Assembly: GCF_006345805.1 (NCBI RefSeq)
Contig: NC_043010.1
Span: 54,002,001-54,066,000, forward strand
Reading direction: 5' to 3'
Length of the DNA: 64,000 bases
Origin: Octopus sinensis
Lineage: Eukaryota
Position 1 is the stretch's first letter. Each line of letters starts with the position of its first letter. The translations under genes were made by a program, and so were the position numbers. The notes below the pieces were generated by a model. The model had not been told where the DNA came from and ran no database searches. It saw nothing but the letters and a program-made list of their open reading frames with translations. Below, piece by piece: positions 55,517 through 64,000 of this stretch.

Positions 55517-55555
<39 letters not shown>

Positions 55556-55580
55556 CATCATCATTATTATTATATGCCCA

Positions 55581-55659
55581 CGTGTATATGGCATAGTGGT
55601 TAAGAGCGCGTGCTACTAACCTCAAGAATCCAAGTTCGATTCCAGGCAGTAACCTGAAT

Positions 55660-55690
<31 letters not shown>

Positions 55691-55708
55691 GCAACAACAA
55701 TAATAATC

Positions 55709-55739
<31 letters not shown>

Positions 55740-55860
55740 TAACATCGAAAATTACATTAGGAATGGGAACCCAGAATTGAAATTTCCTGAAGACACCTGA
55801 CGAAGGCTGGAGGTCATATCAGCCGAAACGTTGTGTGTAAACAACAAGATTGTCAACAAC
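55581..55860 (+). mobile_element. tRNA-headed SINE-like unit: pol III head, (AAC/AAT)n spacer, hammerhead-bearing tail
   Basis: A box tggcatagtgg 55589-55599; anticodon-loop-like ctactaa; B box gttcgattcc 55634-55643; microsatellite 55656-55742; tail with hammerhead 55793-55836. Confidence 0.65.
55793..55836 (+). ncRNA. Minimal type I hammerhead ribozyme motif, canonical core
   Basis: ACAC-CUGACGA-A-GGCUG-gaggucauau-CAGCC-GAAA-CGUU-GUGU; stem I 4 bp, stem II 5 bp, palindrome AACGTT at 55827-55832; predicted cleavage after 55832. Confidence 0.8.
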
Positions 55861-56303
55861 TTAATTGTTCATAAAGCAAAAGCCTTAATTACAACAAACA
55901 TCAATATCCAGGACATCTGATCATTACTTGCATAATTAAATCCACTCGCAATCATTAGGACTGAGAGCAAAATTAAGTTCAGTTTCGTCTGCGACACCAG
56001 TGGAATTATCCGCATTAGTACAAATGTCGGATTAAATTAAGAAGAAGAAAAACAATTAAAATTACTAATTCTACCACCTGCATATTGTCGTTGTTGTCAT
56101 CGTCACCAGAAACTAATCGGCGTCGATTAGCAACAATAACATCAACAACAGCAGCCGTAGCGGCAGCAGCAGTGGCCGCAGCAGTAGTCGCAAGAGTGGC
56201 AGCAGCAAAAGAAGTGGCAGTGGCATTGGTAGTCGAAGCATCAGCAGTGGCAGCAGCAGCAGCAGCATTTGTACGTGTAGTAGTAGTAGTGGTAGTGGTA
56301 GTG

Positions 56304-56339
<36 letters not shown>

Positions 56340-56369
56340 ACAGTAGTAGTAGTAGTAGTAGTGGTAGTG

Positions 56370-56405
<36 letters not shown>

Positions 56406-56595
56406 ATAGTAGTAGTAATAATAGTAGTAGTAAAGTAGTAGTAGTAGTAGTAGTAGTAATAGTAGTAGTAATAATAGTAGTAGTAAAGTAGTAGTAGTAG
56501 TATAGTAGTAGTAGTAGTAGTAGTAGTATTTGTAGTAGTTGTAATAGTAGTAGTGGTAACAGTAGTAGTAGTGGTGGTGGTGGTAGTAGTAGTAA

Positions 56596-56627
<32 letters not shown>

Positions 56628-56649
56628 ATAATAGTAGTAGTAGTAGTAC

Positions 56650-56703
<54 letters not shown>

Positions 56704-56946
56704 CCCTAGCAGCAGGGTCACCAGGAGCAGCTAAATGTTTACGAGCATTATCCCAGCTGTCAACAACATCGTTACCCTCCTTCACATCATCAACATTATC
56801 ATCATCGTCGTTACCTTTATCTCCATTCACATCACTGTCGTCGTCATCATCATAATCATCATCATCCTCATCATCTTCATCATCATCATCATCATCGCCA
56901 TCATCATCATCGTCGTCGTCGTCGTCGTATTCGTCGTCCTCGTCGT

Positions 56947-57170
56947 CCTGGCAGAATCGTTAGAACGCCGGGCGAAATGCGTAGCCGTATTTCGTCTGCC
57001 GTTACGTTCTGAGTTCAAATTCCGCCGCGGTCGACTTTGCCTTTCATCCTTTCGGGATCGATAAATTAAGTACCAGTTACGCACTGGTGTCGATATAATC
57101 GACTTGATCCGTTTGTCTGTCCTTGTTTGTCCTCTCTGTGTCCAGCCCCTTGTGGGTAGTAGAGAAATAG
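56947..57170 (+). mobile_element. SINE family B, near full length
   Basis: Colinear with 20647-20873. Confidence 0.9.
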
Positions 57171-57179
57171 TTATCACCA

Positions 57180-57930
57180 CCAATTGTACGTTAATGCTGC
57201 AATAATTTGCTTACAAATCTTGGACGATATTTCGTGTCCAAAATTTAGATTATACTGTAGGATTTCCAAATTCTTGTACCTTTTGTTTGGTTCCTTCCAT
57301 CTATTTCGTGCGTCTGTCTTCCAGCTTTTTCTATCCTTTTGGGTTATATCTGTTTTCCTCATATCGTTCTTTTGTTCCTCAGATTTCACCTTTTTTATTG
57401 TTATTCGTTTATTGATGTCATTCGTGTTATCTTTGTATTCTAACTTATTTACGTTTGTGTTATTGTTATTTGGAGTTTCATTATTTTCAAATTTAATTTT
57501 TTCCATTGTAGCAGGCTCTATTTAGCGCTTCATTGTAGTATGGCGCATGTTGTTTGAATATTTCCTCCGTGGCTGATAATCATGATATTCTGGTGGCTAC
57601 GTTTTTAATTATACCCTTGATATAGGAGATGGATTATTGGAATTGATATTTATGTATCTTAGGCACTTATCTGGCTTGTGGTATAGTTCATACATGCTAC
57701 TTTCCAAATTAAAAGTCGCATCTAAAAAGTTTACCATGCAGTAGCTATAATCTGTTGCAACACAAATGCCAAAACGTCTAAAAACTTTTTCTTCTCTATC
57801 GTTCAATAGGAAAAACGTATCGTCTTTGTAAAGGCCTCCTGTCGTTTCTGGAAATTCTGATTTGACCTTGTATAAGAGGTAAATTCCAACAATATCCGAT
57901 ACTTGAGGCGAGTCACTCGATGTCATGTAC
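57180..57930 (-). mobile_element. Penelope-like element, decayed RT C-terminus and linker
   Basis: DSPQVSDIVGIYLL...GLYKDD (YRDD)...VNFLDATFNL...Y..YHKP..YININSN.P; a second frame gives SATEEIFKQHAPYYNEALNRACY; typical PLE RT motifs. Confidence 0.85.
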
Positions 57931-58125
57931 TCTAATACGTTCTTTACGGAATAGACCTCAACTATAACGAGGTTATCAAGCGTTACAGAGAAACAAACTC
58001 ACCCACAACTACATATACACATGTATATGTGTGTATGTGTGTATGTGTATATGTATATGTATATGAATAACTATCTATCTATACACGCACACACACACAC
58101 ACACATATGTATATATAGGTAGATA

Positions 58126-58136
58126 GATAAATAGAT

Positions 58137-58190
<54 letters not shown>
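58126..58190. repeat. (GATA)n array (second part 58682-58708)
   Basis: Direct read. Confidence 0.95.
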
Positions 58191-58191
<1 letters not shown>

Positions 58192-58681
58192 GTTTCTTTA
58201 TTGGTCACACAGGGCTGCACACAGATGGGACAAGTTACAAGGTAGAGCTTTTCTTTTGGGGGATGGAAAAAAAAAGTGGCGTAGGTTTTCGATCAAAAAG
58301 GATCGTAAAAGGGGAAAAAAGGAAAATAAAAAAGAAAAAGGGAAAGGAACAAAAGAAAAGAAAAATGAAGAAAGAAGAAAAAAGAGGAAAAAAAGGGGAA
58401 GAGGAAAAAACGATCAATAGGGATCGTGTATCACAGTGTCATGATGTATGGTGTAAAGGGGAAAGCAAGTAAGTTTTATCTGTGGGAAGAAAAGCCTACG
58501 AAAAAGACCAGGGTAACCTTGGTCAATATTGTTATATGTTACCACATTTGTTTGCAAGTGGGTAACCCTCTGTTTTCAATTTCTTGGTTTATAGGATCAT
58601 GCTCAAGGTGGCTTCGTCATTCATATGTGCCATCCTTGCTACATTCACCCATCTTTTTTTTAAACGTTCGCTAGACAAAAC
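58191..58681 (-). mobile_element. 5'-truncated Tx1/L1-like LINE inserted in (GATA)n
   Basis: Minus reading 58681-58589 VLSSERLKKRWVNVARMAHMNDEATLSMIL* resembles a Tx1-type ORF2 C-terminus; T-rich 3' UTR ending ccaataaagaaac; GATA repeats abut both ends. Confidence 0.7.
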
Positions 58682-59132
58682 TAGATAGATAGATAGATAG
58701 ATAGATAGAAAGAAAGATACCATGTTTTGGTCATCATTCGATATGTCGTTCATATTCACTTCGCAGTGTTGCTACTATAATTAGATTTGTTTTATACAAT
58801 TAGTTATGCAAACACACGTATTCTTATAATATATTATTCTACAATTTATGAGACGGATTTTCTTCAACTCACTTTCGTTCCCTCTCTTGCCTTCCTCGAT
58901 AGCGGGTTTAAATGTCAAGTATATGAGTAGGTGTTTCAATATAAGAAAGGTGTGTTTCCAGTCAAGCAGGTAATATGTTTGGATGTACATCAACACATGC
59001 AATTTATATTAGAGTACTAGGAGACTAAGAGTAACTGGCTAACTTTCTGTTTATTTATTCCAGCCTTAATGTTAATAACAACATCAACCTTAATGTTAAT
59101 AACAACATCAACATTGAAACTGGTCGGATGCA

Positions 59133-59543
59133 TACTCTCTTTACCCTTTTACTTGTTTCAGTCATTTCACTGCGGCCATGCTGGAACACTACCTTTAGTC
59201 GAGCAAATCGACCCCAAGACTTATTCTTTGTTATCCTAGTACTTATCCTATCGGTCTCTTTTGCCGAACCGCTAAGTTACTGGGGCGTAAACACACCACC
59301 AGCGGTTGTCAAGCGATGTTAGGGGGACAAACACAGACACCCAAACATATACCCATAAATACATACATATACATATATACGACAGGTTTCTTTCAGTTTC
59401 TGTCTACCAAATCCACTCGCAAGGCTTTGGTCGGCCTGAGGCTATAATAGAAGACACTTGCCCAAGTTACCATGCAGTGGGACTGAACCCGGAACCATTT
59501 GGTTGGTAAGCAAGCTACTTACCACACAGCCACACCTGCGCCT
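59133..59543 (-). mobile_element. SINE family C, full length
   Basis: Colinear with 37330-37739. Confidence 0.92.
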
Positions 59544-60127
59544 GAGGTAAACTCTTCATGTTCAGGAGGCCTTTTACTATTATTTGTTAACGTCATCTGC
59601 AGAGTGACCACAATGTTCATTATGTATTGGTGAACAATCCCTGCTTGTTTAGCTGGAAATGTTTACTGCACAACTGTATTAAGTACAATGAGTCGAGTTA
59701 CCAATAAAATCGTCATGTAGGCTACTTTAGTGTCTCTCTCTAAAACATCAAAGTGGCAGACAACTATTCCTACCAAGTAGACAAAGTGAGAGATGTATTA
59801 CAAATATAGTTGAAAGGTGGTAAAAGATCAAATCCTATTTGTTGAAGCAACTATCAACTACGTTAAGTTCCATCCGGAATTAATGAAGCATGAAGAAACT
59901 AAGTTCATCCAGTAAATTTGCCTGAATTGTTCCTACATTATAACATGTTCTTAGATTATATTACATTATCAAGGCCAATAATGTAGTAAAGAGTTGCCGT
60001 ATGCTTCGTGAAATTGTTATTAATTGCCAATAAAAATCTACATGGAATACCTCTTGTAGGCATGTTTTCACCCTCTTATATACACAGATCAATGTCGTTT
60101 CACTAAATTTAAGGCTAATTCTCTATT

Positions 60128-60373
60128 GTGGAGTCGCGATGGCCTAGTGGTTAGAGCAGTTTCGATTCCCAGACCGGGCGTTGTGTGTGTTTATTGAGCG
60201 AAAACACCTAAAGCTCCCTGAGGCTCCAGTAGTGGAGGTGGCGACCCCTGTTGTACTCTTTCGCCCCAACTTTCTCTCACTCTCTCTTCCTGGGGGGAAC
60301 ACATGCGCCACAGAAACCGGGAAACTGGGCCCATGAGCTCGGCTAGGCTTTAAAACGGCGCATAAATAAAAAT
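60128..60373 (+). mobile_element. SINE family A, tail type 3, internally deleted, with probable 9-bp TSD
   Basis: aattctcta at 60117-60125 and 60374-60382; the anticodon arm is deleted. Confidence 0.85.
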
Positions 60374-62003
60374 AAATTCTCTACCCAGAGGGATGCCATG
60401 CACTTCGTTATACACATATTATACGGGGTTTCTCATTACCAGTGAATGACCTGGCGCGGGAGCGACTGCAATATAGCAATGTGTAATTTTGTTGTTATTT
60501 TCCAAATGCCAAATGAAACCTGAATGGAATATTTCATTTCTTCTGTTACACCTTCCAAATACGTGAAAACGTGTGGTTACTCATATATAATTTAAAGGAG
60601 GTAATAAGTTAGGTTCATGTAGCTGTCAAATGAAGTATTAGTTTCTATTTTCTATTAAAACAATATTTCCGGAACCAAAATAAATTAAGAGGTGAATTTG
60701 ACTAAATGGCAATTTGTATTTTACTTACAGTTGACATTATTATGGTGAAGAATATGATGTGAATGACCTCGCAAACTTTCGAACTTGCAGGCAGAAAAAA
60801 ATTACGGTATATCTATGGTAAAAATAAAACTTGCAGTTAAAAAAAAATTACGGTATATCTATGGAAATACTTAAAGCACCTATTAGCTGTGTGTGAATAT
60901 TATGCTAATTTATTCAATGTGGAAACAAATTTGTTTAATGTGGTATCGATAACTCGTGTACAAGTAAGAGCAGGAAGTACATTTCAAAATTTCTTAGTAT
61001 GTGATATGCTGATTTTTATTAGTTTAAGATCATTATACCCTCGTCTGGTTATGGTTTTATTATACTAAACGCAGCTTCAGTAAAAGAAATGCTTGTCGAA
61101 AGTGAACGTTGATACTTTATATTCAATATTCCGTAATAAATTCTTAACTTTCTTAGAAAGTTCGTAGATATACGAACAGAGTTTAAAGATTCGGAAGATT
61201 TCCTCATTGATAGTAACTCTCTTGCTAAGTTGAGTTATAACTTGTAATTAAGTCAATATCTTCGTTAAGCCATTTAAGCTAAACGTTAATTAATTTACCT
61301 TTATTTTCTAAAACTATATGCTGCTTCATCAGTTTCCATTGCATCGTCTATGTCTAGCTTATTAAGTCTAGTTACTAACTTATTACGTAAGATAATATCT
61401 GAGCTAACCGATATCAACCAAGCTCTAATTATTTATATATATTGTCTAAAGCAATTTACATGTTCAGTTACAAGTACCCGTTAACGTTTAAAGTTTAAAC
61501 AATCGATAATTAATTTATCACGGTTTTCTAAATCTATCTATTCATTCACTTTCAACTCTATCCTAGATTAAATCATATTCTTAATACATTTTAAAATTAC
61601 TTTAGCAATGACTTCGTCGTAAAAGTCTAACCCAAAATATCAGTCTAGCTGTATGAATAAAGTTCACCCGAATACGTAACTCAAGTTGTGCTATGAATAT
61701 AGTTTTGTTTTGTTCTTTTGTCTATCTCTAAACCTAAGAATAACTAAATTAGTACTTCATCTTAGATAATCCTCTTTATTCATGAATTATTGTATACGCT
61801 TTATATCGTTTCTAAAATTAAATTATGATTTTCTAATTTCATCTTGCAAGATAATGGCAGCATAAAGAACAAAAAAATTAAGTAAAGGCGTGCAGCAGTT
61901 TTTACTGAAACTGCTAAAATCATTATTTATGATTAACACTGTAAATCTCTTCTTAACGTTAATACTTTTACTGTGTCTGCCAATATTATTAATACACGGA
62001 CTG

Positions 62004-62445
62004 AGGCAGCGAGCTGGCATAGTGGTTAGCACGCTGGACGAAATACATAGCACTATTTCGCCCGTCGTTACGTTCTGAGTTTAAATTCCACCGAGATCGA
62101 CATTGCCTTTCATCCTATCGCGATCGATAAATGAAGTATTGGGGTCGATCTAATCGATTGACCCCTCCCCCCAAAATTTCGGGCCTTGCGCTTAGAGTAG
62201 AAAAGAAAAGAGTATTAATACACGGACTGAGGCGGTAAGCTGGCAGAGTCGTTAGCACCCAGAAAGAAATGCTTAGCGGTATTTCGCCTGTTGCAACGTT
62301 CTGAAATAAAATTCTGCCAAGGTTGACTTTGCCTTTCATCCTTTCAGGGTCGATAAATTAAGTACCAGTGAAATTATAGAGTCGATATAATCGAGTAGTC
62401 CCCTCCCCCAAAGCTTCGGGCCTTGTGCCTATAAAAGAAAGGATT
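62004..62445 (+). mobile_element. Two adjacent SINE family B copies (G-rich tail type)
   Basis: Units 62004-62211 and 62230-62445, each ending cccccaaa..ttcgggccttg.gc.ta. Confidence 0.85.
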
Positions 62446-62514
62446 TTTCGCACACAGACTGGTTCAGTTCCATTCCTCTATTATTGATCAATTGGTTAGA
62501 TATCCAACTAAATA

Positions 62515-62680
62515 ACCACATGGTTCCGGGTTCAGTCTCGCTGCGTGGCACCTTGAGCAAGTGTCTTCTACTATAGCCTCGGGCTGATCAAAGCTTTGTG
62601 AGTGGATTTGGTAGACGGAAACTGAACGAAGCCCGGCGTGTATATGTATACAGATATATGTATGTGTGTGTGTGTGTGTA
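62515..62680 (+). mobile_element. SINE family C 5' half
   Basis: aaccacatggttccgggttcagtctcgctgcgtggcaccttgagcaagtgtcttctactatagcc. Confidence 0.85.
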
Positions 62681-62923
62681 AATGTATGCATTGTCAACAG
62701 ATGAGATCCAGAGATTCTCGTTATAGAAAATACTGTGTAGCACTAAAGTGATTCCAACTCCTATGTCTTCTCCTCAGAGCAAGTCTGCGGGGTAAAGTGC
62801 AGCTATAATATGAATCAAGGTGATAATGCGGCGGCGGTTTGAGCGCTACGATGTGTATCCTATAGCGATAATCTATGTATGTTTGTACATAAATGCTTAC
62901 ATATATATATATATATATGTAGG

Positions 62924-62970
<47 letters not shown>

Positions 62971-62993
62971 TATATACATACATACATACATAC

Positions 62994-63036
<43 letters not shown>

Positions 63037-63193
63037 TATCCTTTGTTGATCTATATCTAGCGTAAGAGCGTCCGCATAGTGGATTCTCTCTCATAGTTGT
63101 GTATTAATAATATTTACTGAATCTCAGTCTTTTATACGCTAGGCCACTGGTGTTTAAATTGATGTTATTAAATTCATATCCAATTGTTCACCC

Positions 63194-63270
<77 letters not shown>

Positions 63271-64000
63271 GCACACACACACCTACATATATAACGATAT
63301 GCAATAGAAACAATTGTTGTCTTCATAAGGTGACATTTATAATAAAGACATAATTTTCTCTTTGGAAATTCTCTGTTATAGGAATACTCTGAATCACTCG
63401 GAATTCTACAAATGGATATTTGGGATTTACTTACTATGTATAAGCATTTAGCTGGGAAATGGATTCTACTTAGATATGATTGGTGAACATTTCTAACCAA
63501 ATTCTTTTAATACTCAGTGTTTCTTGATATCTGCCAGGATTTCTTAACAGTTGACAATATATTGTCTGTTAACAATACATACGTTGATAGTCTGTGGGAT
63601 GATTCAAATAATTAGTTATAAATATGTCGGTATATCAGCTATCAATATAAAGATTCAGCAAGGAAATATGCATATATATATTTAAATGCACTCTGACAAA
63701 ATAAGATCCACTTATAGTTTCTTGTTTATATATGTATACATACACACAAAACACACAGAGAAACACACAGACACACAGAGACACACTCCGCATATACATA
63801 CATATATATATATATATTGCCACCTCGCCTCGTTATGTCTTAGCTGTTTGTTTTCACTGTCCTGTTACCAACTTTGTTGCCAGCTTTGGCTCTCCGCAAA
63901 TGCCAAATTCCATTTTGCTTTTCGGGAGCAACTGTTTCTCGAAGACACATCTTGTCGTAATTGCTCGCAATCTGGAGTAGATAAAACAACCGACAAATGA

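Noticed and set aside
55581-55655. Functional tRNA gene
   Set aside because: No convincing acceptor stem; treated as a SINE head, like the heads of families A-C.
56015-56830. 271-aa mucin-like Thr/Ala-rich ORF with a hydrophobic C-terminus
   Set aside because: The Thr run shifts into poly-Leu and poly-Tyr, as expected from slipped (TAG)n arrays; no signal peptide. RNA-seq would be needed to revive it.

Overview
AT-rich, microsatellite-saturated eukaryotic DNA, intronic or intergenic. I infer a cephalopod, very probably Octopus, from the repeat repertoire. I found no intact host gene, RNA gene or CRISPR array; nearly all ORF-track entries are translations of simple repeats. The window is a transposon graveyard. 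It holds three tRNA-derived SINE families (about 25 copies), a decayed hAT (Charlie/GTF2IRD2-type) transposase next to a hAT MITE, two mariner transposase relics, a mariner-like MITE split by a Helitron, and fragments of RTE, R4/Dong, Tx1 and Penelope retroelements. The most interesting signal is a set of at least six minimal type I hammerhead-ribozyme motifs of the Penelope-associated kind, with palindromic stem III. One of them ends a tRNA-headed SINE-like unit. Other notable structures are microsatellite-embedded LINE ends, a nested fold-back inversion, a perfect 23-bp hairpin, multimeric SINEs and SINE tail swapping. All calls were made by eye. Family names come from recalled motifs, not database searches, and boundaries of decayed elements are approximate.
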